Source: Microbotryum violaceum | Taxonomy: Eukaryota | Assembly (NCBI GenBank): GCA_001244265.2 | Contig: CDLV01000016.1 | Coordinates: forward strand, 248,001 to 312,000 | DNA length: 64,000 nt | Direction of reading: 5' to 3' | Shown here: positions 24,945 to 37,763 of the stretch, in pieces | How the letters are laid out: each line of letters starts with the position of its first letter | How positions within the stretch are numbered: position 1 is the first letter of the stretch | Notes under the pieces: model-generated | The model's database searches: none | What the model was told of the DNA's origin: nothing | Seen by the model: the letters and a program-made list of their open reading frames with translations, nothing else | Position numbers and translations under genes: made by a program

Positions 24945-27116
24945 CTACCCTTGCGTCTCATCTTTCCGAACCGAATGCTCAGGAGCAGGAGGGACCCGAG
25001 CCACTTCCACGTCCTCTTCTTCCAACCTCACACTTCCATTACTCCTCCTCGCTCTGGCCAACTTGACGACGATCAAAATGAGCATCAACCCTTGGACGAC
25101 GAAGGAGAACATCCGACCACCTGGTGTGGAGAGGGCCGCGCCGAGGACGTAGAAGAAAGCATGGAGGTCGTGCGTTAGGCAATGGAAGAAAGGAGGAGGA
25201 CCATGGTGAGAATGGCGGTGACCGCCGAAGTGGTGATGGCGGTGGCCCTCGGGGCGACGGGGTGGTTCTCGTTCGTCGTTCGAGGGACGACGGTGAGACC
25301 GTCCGTCGGGAATCGTTGCTCCACCCAAGATACCGAAGCCAGACGGTCTCCATTCTGATGCCAGCTCCATACGCTCTGCGTCATCATTACCGGATGGCCC
25401 GTTAAAAGGAGGGATGTCTTGTCGGTCGTGCGGGTGGTGAGACTTGCGACTATGGGAAGGAGGAGGGACGCCCAGCCGCTCGGCAATCCACTTGATCCAA
25501 GCCGGAGGAGGAGGAGGTCCATTGTGGTGGTGGTCATGGTGACCAGGGACAGAAGGAGGTTGTCGATGATTTGGGTCTTCAGGTCTTCGCTCCCCTCCGT
25601 GTCCGGGAGGATGCGGTCGGTCGTCTTCACCTTCGGAAAGGGGGCGTCGGTGTCCGTCCTCAGGCGGAGGTCGGCGGCCCTTGTCGCCTTTGCCGGGTAA
25701 TGGTGGTCGTCGGCCCTTGCCACCGTCCGGTTGCCGGGACTTGCCTTCTTTCTCTTCTTTCTCTTCTCCGGATAATCCATCTTTGCCCTCGTCGCTGTCC
25801 TTGTTATCTTCGTCGTCCCCGTTCTCCTCATCCAACTCGGAGTGCCACAGACCTTCCTCCTCATCCTCGTCTACTCCCTCAACTGACTCGCAACCTTGCT
25901 CGATCTCCTCGACATTTTCCTGGTTAGCAATCTTCGAATCCAACGCGTTTGTCTCGTTCGCATCGACAACTCGCACACTCGGTTGGATCGCATAGTGACG
26001 CAGCTTGACGATCGAGTCTTTGCCATCATCGTACTCGAGCTCGATACGCAGCACGGGGATCATGATGGACGACGAATGCGAAATCGAGTCGGAGTCGACG
26101 TCGATTATCTACAAGTGGAAGAAATACGAGGTAAGTCCTACATTTTGTGGACGTGATTGTGTATGGAAGCCCGCACTCGCCTTCAATGTTACGGCGAAAG
26201 CTTTCATCGAGACCTGCGCGCCGGCAGAAACTTCGCTCGGTGCTCCAGCGGGTAGTGTCAAAGGGGCCACCTCGTCTTCGGTGATCCTGATTTGAGCCTA
26301 TAGGCGAAGGCGAATGACCGGGTCAACTTATGGGCAATGAGAGTGCCCGATAGCGCGTTTGGGTCCTTACCGAGACGATGCCCTTGGGCAAGTGCTCGAG
26401 CGCCGACTTGACGATCTCGGATTGGGGCATAACTTCACCCTGCCCGAATCCTTCTTTGAACTCATCGCTGAGTGTGAACACCTGAATTGGTTCAAAGAGA
26501 GGCAGGGTTAGTCCTCAACCTCTGAAGAAGCCGAATGAATTCCGCGCACAGCTCCCCTCCCCACTCACCTCAGCTTTTACAGCTTGTACCCTCTCCCCCG
26601 CCCAGTCCTTATGCAAACTCTTCAACTCGATTTCTCTCCCATTGATACCGAGCACCAACTTTTCCTCATCCAATTCAATGCTCAGCGCAATGTGCGTCAA
26701 CCTCTTGAGGATCGAATGGTCGTCTAGGTCGTCTAGGAGATCGTCCGTTCTTACGAGGTGAAGGGATAGAGTCGAGTGCTCAGCAGAGGGTAAGGCGGCG
26801 GTGATTTGGATGGGGGAGCTTTCGACGTGTAAAGGGGACGCGGTGATGGAAGCGACTGCAAACGGCATGTACAGGATGGTTAATTTGACGAACTCTCGTC
26901 TCGACAGGTCAACCCTTCTTCGCTGTGGCGTCACCAGCCTGGCCAAGATCATTGGCCCGTCCGCGCGCCAGCTGTTGCCCGTTGTGGCACGTGAGCGCGT
27001 GAGCGCCCGCCGCATTGTCGCGCGCGCTGCCTCCGTCGAGTCCGAGAGAGCACGAAGAACTTGTAGAACTTACAGAGGCCTGCCAAAGCAATGGGGTACA
27101 GAGATCGGATCCTCAT
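24945..27116 (-). CDS. Uncharacterised type I membrane protein with acidic and His/Pro-rich luminal region
   Basis: Exon 1 MRIRSLYPIALAGL spliced (GTAAGT at 27073 ... TTGCAG) to FASITASP forms a signal peptide. Long final exon has a D/E tract, His clusters and a TM segment FSFVVQGLMLILIVVKLA. Confidence 0.7.
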
Positions 27117-27905
27117 GGTGTGAATCGCTCCAGAATGTGGTGGTGCGAAGGAAGTACTTCACGACCCAAGGCGACCCAAAGTGTGAAAGGGAATACCACT
27201 CGGACGCTTCAAGTGTAACAGACAAGTGGCGCCGGGACCTCCCTCCAGAGCGCTGCGGACGAAGAGTCAAAGATATCCGAGCCGGCCGGCCTTTGGAGTC
27301 GGCGAATTGGTTGACGGTCTTGAAGATGGAGAGGCGAACGGAGGAGGACGATGGTGGGAGTCCTATTGAGTAGAGTAAAGGGATGAGAAGCAGAACAAGA
27401 GCAAGGACAAGAAGCAGCAGATCCGTGGCGACCACTAGAGTCGACAGGTGTATACTGCGTTCGAACTCATTCGGATGTTCGTCCTGTCGCGCGCAGCAGC
27501 CGCCGACGTCCGCAGCAGTCGCAAAGGCGCAGAACCGTCCCGTGCCGAATGCGTAAGTGGGCTCGCAGAAGCAGTGTTGGGAATGAAGTGAACAATTCAC
27601 CTACGTAATTTAGTTATCCATTCAATCCCGTTACTGAAATCGAAATGACTTGAGCACCAGCGGCGACTCCCGGACCCGCTTCGGCACTGCTGCCCTTGTC
27701 CATGTCAAAGCTGCGCACGGTCAGGACCGACGACTGCAGCTCTGCACTTTGCACGCACGCAGTCACGGTAGCCGGATCACGGGTCCGCAGAATTCTCGCA
27801 TCATCGACGGCAACAGGTCAGGTGATTTTGTTGCAATTACAACACTCGGGGTCGCGCCGCGCTCTTGCTTCCAAAAGCTCGGCCCGTTCCGCGGACTAGC
27901 ACACC

Positions 27906-29492
27906 CTAGTTGAAGTCGTCGTACCCATTCCGCTGTGGACTCCTCGCACCATAGTTGGGGAACCCACCCGCAGCGGGGACGGCTCCCGTAGGTCCTTGAC
28001 CACCTTGTGGGTACCCACCATACCCTGCCCCTGCCCCACCAGCATACCCACTTTGTCCCGCGCCACCGTAGCCGCCTCCGAGATCCGCACCACCCATCCC
28101 AGGGTGCATCGGTGTTTGCCCCGAGTTGACACGAGGTTTGGCGATTTCGGCAATCGAGGTTGTCACGTCTGCGAGCATGAGGATGAGTTGATCGATGCCT
28201 TTAACGACGATTTCCTCGGGCCTCATTTGTCCGACGGCCTCGACGTCAAAGTAGAATCGCGTTGGGTTGGCATTAAAGTCGAACGGATCGGTACCGTCCT
28301 TGGCGGGTGGGCGTTCGTACTGTGACGTAAGCATCCCCGCACCATCAGTGATTGCTGCACGTCAGCCTGTGTCGACCCGTGCTCTCACCTGTGCATTCTC
28401 GGAAAGGGGCCATTCCTCGTTCGGGTCGGTCCCTACTTCGAACCACAAGTCGGTATGCCGCAGCTTGTTGTACGGATCGTACTCAAACCCCAGGGCGGCT
28501 ACCGGGGACCATTTCGCATGTTCCAATGCTTTCCCCTGTGCGTGATCGGTGTAAAGGAATTCCGCGAGTCAGCGAGCTGGGACGATGCCCACGGTTCTTG
28601 ACCTAGCCTCGACGTACTTTGACTGCAATGCAATTCATCTTGATCTGTTGTCCCTTTCCCAACTTGACGATCATCACACCTGTATCCCGATCGCCAGCTG
28701 GTGATAGTCGAATGATAAAGCTCATGAGCATGCCTGCCAGTTCGAACGAACCCCCCGCGCCAAAGCAGCCCAAATGCTGAAGCAGGGTCCACTCACCGAC
28801 TGATGGTCTCCCAATACCAGATCGATCATCACCCACAACAGTCAACATCTTGGAAGTGACTTCCATCGTTCGGTCCTCGGTGCAGTACGCGTTCAGTTCG
28901 AGCGTGATCGAGCACAGGTCGCAAAAGGCATCGCACACGCATTCCTGTAACGCACCAACAGGTTTCGCAGACGACAACGTTAGTGGGAGATTGATCGAAT
29001 GGATGTGGCTCAACGGGGTCGTTCGTTACCTTGTTGTGGTTGGGTATCCTCCTGTCGATGCCTTCGCTCCACAAGGGGATCAGTCCCAATCGATGAGCGA
29101 TCATCTCGTCCGGTAGCACGGAGGTGTTCTCCTCGATTTGAACTTGGTCGATTGCCAGGGTCTCAATGTTGGAGATCATGACCCTTCGTAGTGAGTTGGC
29201 GAGACTGTTGTAGAACAGGGACCAGAGTGGATGAGAAAGGCCGAAGGATAGGATCGTCGCATCGATTGCATGGGATTGGCGGGATGGATGAAGAAGCGAG
29301 CAGTGAAGGACCATCAGTTTTCCATGTCAAGTAGACCACCACCATAGGCAAGGAGTTAGGGATCTCGACGTACGCAAGATTCACGCCATCCGCGACGAAC
29401 CGACACCGCTCCGAGTCGAGCTTGTTGATTTGAATTCTGAGCTCGCTACCGGCCTGCGTCTTGGGGGGGTCCAAGGGGAGTGTGGACTGCAT
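27906..29492 (-). CDS. RPB3: RNA polymerase II subunit RPB3
   Basis: [40 protein letters not shown]; Zn site [36 protein letters not shown]. Confidence 0.95.
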
Positions 29493-29756
29493 GACCAAAC
29501 GGTGATGATCAGGTGGAGGTGGGGTGTGGGGTGGGAGGACGACGAGGGGCTGAGGCGCTGAGGGGCGACGACCACTCGAGAGCAGCGTGCCTTGCTCTGC
29601 CTTGCTCGGCGAGCGCGCACGGTCTCGCACGGGTGGCACTCAACTAGCGCGCAGCTGTGTGGCGCTCTCAAATCGACGCTAGACCAACCGTAACACTCCC
29701 ACAGCCCATCCACACTAAGACAACACACGATAAAATGCAATGCGACAACGCTAGCT

Positions 29757-31563
29757 TTACAAGAAAGAAAAAGTGCGGCGCGAGTTCTGACCCTGAGAAG
29801 CCTTACCAAGAAGCCGCTGAAGCTTATGAAATGGGTCGTCGCTCACAGGTTTGCGTTGCGGGTCCATCATCCTCTCAAACAGATCCAAAGTGTAATGCGC
29901 GTCGTTACCCGCGTTGTGTAGTCGTTTCGTAGCGACTTCGAGTTCGGAGCAGCAACGGTCCAACCTCTTGCGCTGTTTGAATCCTTTCCATCCCGCGTAG
30001 ACGCGTTGGGTGTCGATGATCCACACATTCCCCGCTCCCTCTGCCTTGTCCCCCGTCTTGGCTTGTACAGCCAACTCCTTCACCGGCTTGGCAAACCCAT
30101 CCTCGAAGCCCAACATCCCCAACGCTTTAAGGTCCATCCGAGAATCATGGAAGATGAGGAACAGCTGCTTGTCCTTCTCCGATGAAGTAATATTTTCGAA
30201 CGTCGCAGCAAGTAAAGCGTAGAGGTTGTCCAGACCCATCAGGAGGGAATCGGTCTTGACTACCGCAGGGACCTTGACTGTGCGCTTATATTTGGACTTG
30301 GACTTGGACTCCTTGTCGGCTTTGGCTTTCTTGCTCGCTGGTAGCGTCGTCTCGGTAGTTTCGATCGACCCACTTCGCGACGATGGGCCGAAATCCCAAT
30401 CGTCACGAGCGTCAGGTGAGTATCGACCATTGCGTCGCGTGATATTCTCCGCGATGACGACGTGTTGATCCGTACGAGTGACTGTCGCCCATTCAATGGG
30501 AGCAGCTGGCCGCTCCTCCCCTTCCGACTTTGACTCCGTTCCCATGTCTAAATCAGAGTCGGATTCCAAAGACGACGAGGAGGAGGAAGAAGGCGCTGTG
30601 AAATCGACGCACGTCCAGCCGACTTCGAGCAAGGCGTCATGGCCTCTTTCCCACGTCTCGACATCGAGGGACAAGAAAGCCGCGCCACCGTACCGTTTAG
30701 CGTGGGCATAGCGTGCACGAAGTTCGGCGAGCTCGACCGAGCACTCGTCGAGGTCAAAGACAGGGGGAAGGGGCGCTGAGCGTACCGCTGCTGATGGGTG
30801 TGGTGATGCGATTCGCGATGTTTCGACAGTTAGCGTAGATGTTGATGAGACTTTGGCGAGCTTAATTTTTTTGCGAGACGGTTCAGAGGTGACCTCGGGA
30901 CTGGTCGCTGGAGGGGTGGAGGGCGTCGACGCCGACTCGGGCGGAGGCGATGTCGACTTCTGGGCCTTACGAGGCCCCACCTGCTCTCCGACGAGCATGA
31001 GCCTCTGTTTACTGGAAGGCGTGGTCATGTCCTCTGCAGCCGCTTCGGAACGAACGAACTCGCGCAACGCTTTCGGGTCGTCGTAGACACGCGCCTCGAT
31101 GGGCCCCAACTTGCTAGTCGGGAGTAATTGGCGCTTGAGAGACATCGCCTTGCATATTTCGACCGGGACGGCCTCGTCTTCGACGATCCACCGCGTGAGG
31201 ATCTCGAACTGGGCTTTAGAAATGTAGATCTTGGGCGGGTGGCGGCGATGTTTGAGGTGTTTTTCAACGTACAAGGTGATGCGACCGTTGCGAGCAAGCG
31301 GGGACGAGAGCAAGTCGTCGAAGGAGAGGTTGTGCTCGAACCAGGCTGCGTTTTCCTGTGTAACCAAAGAGCGTGACCAAGTGAGGATGACTGATGGAGC
31401 GATTGAAGAGGTCTGAGGTCAGCACTTGCTTCCGCCGGCAAGCGAAAAGCTTTTGCGACCGACCATGGCGCAACCGAACAAGAGAAACTGGCGGGGAGGT
31501 CTTGTTAAAAACCTCGTACCCGAGCTTCGATGCGCCCTTGGGAGGTGAGGGTGCGTTGACCAT
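29757..31563 (-). CDS. DEDDh-family 3'-5' exonuclease (Gfd2/YDR514C-like, QIP-related)
   Basis: ExoI FLSLDVETWE, ExoII FHDSRMDL, IIDTQ, ExoIII LHNAGNDAHYTL. First in-frame ATG is at 31563. Acceptor at 31356, donor uncertain. A non-AUG extension is possible (see findings). Confidence 0.8.
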
Positions 31564-31965
31564 GTTGAGTCGGGTCTCTTCAGAATCGACTTTGGCGGTG
31601 GATCGCGAACGGGTGCTTGGATGGTCACCGACTGGAGCAGTCACAGTGACAAGGCCGAATACGGCCTTCAACTTGTCGACGAAAGTGGCTGAGGGTTTCT
31701 CCGTGTTCTGTCTGAGCTCTTTTTGGGCTGTAACCAACCGCAAGTGCTTGCCCAGTCCGCGTGTAGGCGTCGACAAGAGCACCGGTGTCGATGCCGATCG
31801 TTGACGAGCGAGCACGAGCGACGAAGTGGTACTGAATGAGCAACGAACACTGCTTCCACTGGCCACTACGGCCCACGACGACGACGACCACAGTAGGGAT
31901 GTAATGATGACTATCGACCTAGAGGTAGGAACACCTCTTGGGGGTTTGGGTTCAACGAAGGGCGG

Positions 31966-32000
31966 GAGAGAGAGAGAGAAAGAGAGAGAAAGAGAGAGAG
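31966..32000. repeat. Interrupted (AG)n/(CT)n tract upstream of the DEDDh gene, likely TSS region
   Basis: Pyrimidine-rich on the minus (sense) strand. Confidence 0.8.
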
Positions 32001-32708
32001 GTGGTAGGCGTCTAAGGGGACGAAATTCACAAGTTGAAGCACTGGGTGGGCCGCCCCCTTGGGAGTCCCTTGGGGGTGGCGCGCATGCGCTTAGAGTGGA
32101 GTAGGCGAGAGGAATGCTTGTTCGCTTCTGCACCTTATTCGTTTCGCTCGAACGGCAGTGCTTATTGCCTCTACACTCGCGAAATTTTTCGACCCACCCA
32201 CCGTCCCGAATAAGGTGCTGTCTTATTCCAAGGGAATATTGGCGTTTTTGCAACCCGCGGTCCCTGGGGTGTACGCATCATCCCAGGGTCTCGTCCAGGA
32301 AGATTAATCATCTTCCTTATCCCAACACAACCAAACACACCGAAAGATACACAAGGAAGGTCGCAATTCCCTTCCCGCGCTCGAGAACCCCATTGGCATC
32401 CGATCGAGTCATCGGAGGGGAGAAGCGCACGCCCGGCCGAGCCTGGCCGAGCCGCCGTTGCGAAGCGAGGTGAGCTTGTAATAGGGTGAGTGAGCGCGGT
32501 GAGCTCAGCCCAAGCGCGCAAAGTCGATTCTCCCGCTGCCGAAATGACTAGCAGTGGGTCCGAAGAAATTGCTGATTGCACTAGACGGACGTAGGATGCA
32601 AGTTGCGGAGAGTATACACGTAAAAAGACAAAAATGAAGATACTAACTCGATCTGAATCTGCTGTATCGAGCGAGACCTAGGGAACCTCGCGCTCGAGAC
32701 CTCCATTC

Positions 32709-34061
32709 TCACACCTTCTGCTTCTTCGCCTTGGGCGCTTCCTCATCCAAATCCTCATCCGTCACGAACCCGTCCTCTTCCTCTTCCTTCTCCAATTTCT
32801 TCGGCACCTTCGCCGGAGCCTCCAGTTCAGCCTTCCTCTTCTCGATCGCCTGCTCAATCTCGTCCTTAGTCATGAAATCCGTCTTGCCGTAGAGGGACGA
32901 ACGGATCCCCGAACTATGCTTGGAATCGATGCCGAGGAGCGTCTGCGAAATCGGTTCACAATCAAAGTGGACATCAGCACGTAGCACTCCAATTCCTCTT
33001 TGAAATAGTACAAGGGACGCACATTGGCGTCACTTTTGTAAGCGCTCGAAACGAGACCAAGTTCTCGGACGAGGCATTTGAACGCTTTGCCGACCCCATC
33101 GCGGTCCCACGAATCGTCACAGTAGATGCAGATCACGTAGCCTCTACCATGTCAACGCGGGAGATTATCACTTCAGCCTCGAAAAGGGTGAGAACGACAA
33201 GGAACAAAGAATACTGACTGCCCCTCTTCAGCATGCGTCGAAACTTTGGCGGTATGCACGATACCCGTCTTGGCCAAGGCTCCATCCGGTTTCGCGATCG
33301 CATTGACGACCTTGGCCCAAATCGCATCGACGTTGTCGGCCGTAGGGTACAAGAGCCATTTACCCGTCAAGACATTGTACTTTTTGGCGAGTGCGGCGAC
33401 TTGGTCGTTGAACTTGGCGTGTTCGATTTCTCGGACTGCAGGGTTTGTTTCGGTTTCGTAAATACCAGTGGGCCAACCTCCACGGAACTAGGGGCAGGGA
33501 GAAAGACTGACGCTCTTTTTGTGATTTGGCACCCGTCTTCTTGTTGCCTCTGACAGGAGCAGTCTCCTGAAGAATGAGTCCGAGGGGTCTGTCAGTGAGG
33601 TGACCGCGCGGAAAGCCCAACGTGGTCCTCGGCGCACTACTGACCGCGATGTGCTTGCAATCCTTGGTCAACTTGTCGACGAGGACTTGACCTTGTTCCA
33701 TGAAGTCGACTCGAGACTCGAATGACTGTTCCTCGGCAGGTTTGAGTGCATCCTCCTTGTCGTCCTTGCTTCGAGGGATGCAGACCCTGGGCCCAACACG
33801 ACACACAATATCGAATGTCAACTCGACGTAAGTTACAACTCGGTGAGTGCGCGCGGTGGACTGACCAGTACCAAGGAAAGCCCGTCGTGTTGTTGGCACT
33901 GGGTTTGACTCTCTGGAGGAATTCATCGGTATCGGTCTTTGGACCGACGAGCTGATAGGAATCATGTACGATTGCGAGTCAGTCGTGCGTTGACTCGGAG
34001 GCGCTCATGGTCCGTGTGGTGGGAAGCTCGGCTTCGTCATGATATGGCCTGTACTGACCAT
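32709..34061 (-). CDS. DUF1917 / BLES03 (UPF0696)-like protein, eIF4E-like fold
   Basis: TGKWLLYPTADNVDAIWAKV, AKVS, VICIYCDDSWD, YKSD..TLLGI..GIRSSLY. First coding exon is the ATG alone, followed by GTCAGT. Confidence 0.8.
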
Positions 34062-34533
34062 GTCTGCAGTTGTTAAGAGCGTGAGGGATCAGTGACGAGA
34101 ACGGGCTCTGCAGAGTGCCATGTAACCTACCTGGTCGGCTATCCATGGTTGCCGTTGCTCGAGATGTCACCCGCACACGCGCGTCAGACGTGTGAACCAA
34201 GTCAAGTGCGAACCCGCCCTCGACGCGTCCATCGTAGCACGGGTAGTTAGTACTCCGAAAGTGTTTAAAGGTGGGCGTCGGGTATGAATCCAGTCGCTGG
34301 AAAAACCCAATCGAATCAAATCTGACCCTTTTCGAAGCATTGAACTCGAGATCTTGAAGCTATTCCGAGCAGTAAATTTAATGGCGCTGGCCTGAGATGG
34401 TCCGTGCGCGCCGACCCCGGCTATTCGGTCGTCGTCACGGCTCCGGGCGTGCCGTTCACCCCTACCCCGTTGCCCCGTCGCCTAGCCTTCGATCGAACAC
34501 AAGTACCAAGCGCGGATCGGACCCAACCCAACC

Positions 34534-36193
34534 ATGGCCACTGTGACCGGTTCTCGAGTCGCCAGTCGATCTCAAGCACCCAGTCCTGCATCGCCCTCCT
34601 CGGCTGCATCGGCGTCGATCAAGTCGTACTACCGCGCAGCGACGTCGGCCTTCTTAATCCGTGATTATGGCCACACCTCCCAGTCGCTCCACTCGGCCCA
34701 GCAAGTGCTCCTCGCCTCCGCCTCCGTTTCATCTGCACCTCCACCTTCAGACTGGGTGCACACCCTCGCCGAGTCCAATACGATCCCACCCAAGGTCGAA
34801 TGGGCTCGCAAGTTGACCATCTTTGAGATCACCTTCCTCGCGACTTGTCGATCCCACCCTCTGTCTACACCCGCAACATCAAGCAGTGCTCTCCACCCAA
34901 CACACCAATATTACATCGACCTCCCCGTTGATGCCCTCATCCCGACCCTGTGGTCCCGTCTAATCCTCCAAGACCCGACCGGCTCCTCCTCGACGAACAT
35001 CCACGCTCCCCCACTTGCCTCCTGCGTACACCCTTCGCTCGTCGTCGCACTCGCCCTTGCAGCGCTCAAGTTGGATCAACCTCGACAAGCAAGAGCAGCG
35101 CTCGAGGCTTACCTAGGTTCCATCTCGGAAGAAGTCGAGTCGCTCATCGAAGGGGCTGCTCGATCGGTCGATTGGGCCATTGAATTTCAGCTGGACGAGA
35201 CCATGTCCATGTCCATCCATGGCCACCATAACACCACCCACGCACCTAACAACCTGTCCTCTTCGGGCATCCTGCATCCCCACATGGATCCAACGAGGGC
35301 CTTGTTGGCCAGCTGGCTCAAGGTCGTCGATCTACTGAGCTTACACGTCCTCCCGAGGCTCGGACAGTGGGAAGCCGCGGGCGATTCCATTCGCTTGCAA
35401 AGCGTCGAGAACGCAGGATGGATCGGCGACGTTCGACTTGATGTGAGTTGCGCAGTGATTTCGATTGCATCCACGCTGAGTTTTGTGCTGATGTGATCAA
35501 CGCTACGCTCTCTAGGCCGCGCTTCATCGACTCGCCGCGTTACAAAGGGAAGAGATTGAACAGTCCGCCTCGCGGGGACAGAGGATACGCGCCCAAAAGG
35601 AGGCCGTCGCAACTGCCGCTGCTGCATCGGCTTTGGCGATGGAGCAACAGCAAGCTGCACAGCGTCGAGCGAGGGCGAATGATAAGGGTAATGCTCGTGC
35701 GGTGACGAATGAGGGAATGGCCAAGCCCCCGCCACATGCGCAGAGGCAATCATCCTCCGATCTCAGTTCGAAAGGATCCCCCGGCTCGTCCTCCAAATCG
35801 AGTCATAACGGACATGGAAGGCACTCGGCCGGGTCAAGATCGTCCGCCGCGCCTGACTCGCACGCCTCGGAAACGGGTTTCGCAGCTATGCGTTCGTCCC
35901 TCACTTCGTACCTGTTCCAAGCCGTACCCTCAACATCCACCACCACCTCATCGGCCCTATCCTCGAATCGATCTCTCTCGACGGCCCTTTTCGAGAGTCT
36001 TAAAGGTCACGATCCTGTAAGACTGTTATCGACCGTCTGCGTGGCATTCGCAATCATCACCTGGGTCCGACGAACAACGGCGAGGCGGAGGGCGGATGGC
36101 AAGGGTGGATTAGGGGTTGTGGAGGGACTTTGGACTGTTGTTGGGAAGTTGGGAGAGGTCGTCAAGATGGGTACTAAGGTTACGCAGCTGTGA
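34534..36193 (+). CDS. PEX26: Peroxin Pex26-like tail-anchored protein, 2 exons
   Basis: N-terminal YRAATSAFLIRDY, HPSLVVALALAALKL and LHVLPRLGQWEAA. C-terminal TM helix followed by LWTVVGKLGEVVKMGTKVTQL, typical of fungal Pex26 tails. Intron at about 35443-35515. Confidence 0.75.
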
Positions 36194-36751
36194 AGGATGT
36201 AAGGATGTAATGCAAGTCTCTATTGACTCGCTGACAAAAACCTTCTCTGCGCGAGTTGGAGGGGTCCGAGCTTTATGCATTACAGTGCAGAATGCAAGAC
36301 AGAGGATGTATTTGCTGCACCCAGAAGAAGAGAAGAGAAGGCGTACTCACGCTTTGGATGCAGGCTGTATGCGTCCCTTTCCCGCGCACTGCATCATCAA
36401 TTGCTTCGGCCCCATAAATCATGTAGCTCCTTTCCCCTTCGGAAGCCGGCGCCGGTCGCACCAGAAGCTTCCGAGGCCGAACGACCCGAAGACCAGGTCA
36501 ATTCTGCATCTCTCTGGGTTTTCTTCCTCTTCCCATCGAACGTTTCACTCGCACGAGACGTTGGAGACAATTCTCACCCCGAGTAAGCATCCCGGCCCGA
36601 CGCCCATTAGTAGGCTGTCCTGGTTAACACACTGAACACCGCGTCGTAATGGGAGCGTCTACAGACGCAGTGGTGCTTCCAAAATCCCGACCTGTATTCG
36701 TTCCGTTATGAGGTGATGATTTTGCGTACCGCACTACCTCAATCCATACAG

Positions 36752-36890
36752 AATCATCGGAACTTCTGCTTCCGAACGCCGAACTTAATCATTGGAACTT
36801 CTGCTTCCGAACGCCGAACTTAATCATTGGAACTTCTGCTTCCGAACGCCGAACTTAATCATTGGAACTTCTGCTTCCGAACCCCGACTT
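36752..36890. repeat. 35-bp minisatellite, 4 copies (AATCATTGGAACTTCTGCTTCCGAACGCCGAACTT)
   Basis: Units start at 36752, 36787, 36822 and 36857. Units 2 and 3 are identical, unit 1 has one substitution and unit 4 diverges at its end. No spacers. Confidence 0.97.
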
Positions 36891-37763
36891 ACCGCCCGGA
36901 TGCGGAGGGTGCACTCGCGGCAAAGGGTGAGTGTCACAAAGTTCTGTCTCCGGTCAAATGTGTTACACCGAACGCGGTGGTGAGGATCGTCAGACCTCAA
37001 CGAAAATTGAGGCTGACCTTGGCTCTGTAGTGTGCAGTGATGAGGGCCTGCCAGCATGTAAGCTTCGTCCGGCGCGAAACTTGACCTGAGCGTGCTTCGG
37101 ATGCCGTTTTCAAGATCTTGATCAAGCATTGTGCAATCTTTCCGTACCAGACATGTTTGTAAATCGAAGCGCTTTTGATGCCTTGGTGTTCCAGCCGGCC
37201 GTCGAGTCTGGCACGGCTCCTGCCTATTATGATTTTCCGCTTACCCCGTAGCTGCGTTTTCGACCTTGACCTGAACTTGATCGACCCATCTCCTTTCGAT
37301 TGATCCGAGTCCCTGCCCCCCCTGGAAGAACTCATCCGAGCCTTGTCGGCCCGTGCCGCCAGAAATGGTCCGCTCGAGTCGATTTTTATTTTTATGTGAG
37401 TCGCGACGGCCCAGATTAACTTCACAGCAATCTTATCACACGAATAAAACCATTAGAGCCGTTGTTGTGAATTTGATAAATGCATCGCGTTTTTGCCAGT
37501 AAAACGAAGCCTTAATTCAATGAATTTAGATTGTGAGTGAGCTCTCTGTTAGAAATAAACGAAAAGAACATAAAAACCCCGCCCGCACCGACTACGCGCC
37601 TTGGACGATTTTGGCCCATCTGAGGCCCAAAATTTGTCCAGCCCTGTCCAGCTGGGCGCTACGCGCGTCAGGTGTCGTGGCGGTTCGCGAGCGCCCGTGT
37701 GTGTGTGTGTGTAATCTCTCTTTGCTTGCCGACCTCCCTCCCCCTCAACCCACTTCGACCAAC

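Noticed and set aside
36752-36890. CRISPR-like appearance (35-bp repeats with an internal palindrome)
   Set aside because: The repeats are contiguous with no spacers, no cas genes are present and the context is eukaryotic.
36997-37425. 142-aa basic minus-strand ORF between PEX26 and RPL7
   Set aside because: It has a non-ATG start, no family motifs and no convincing splice structure.
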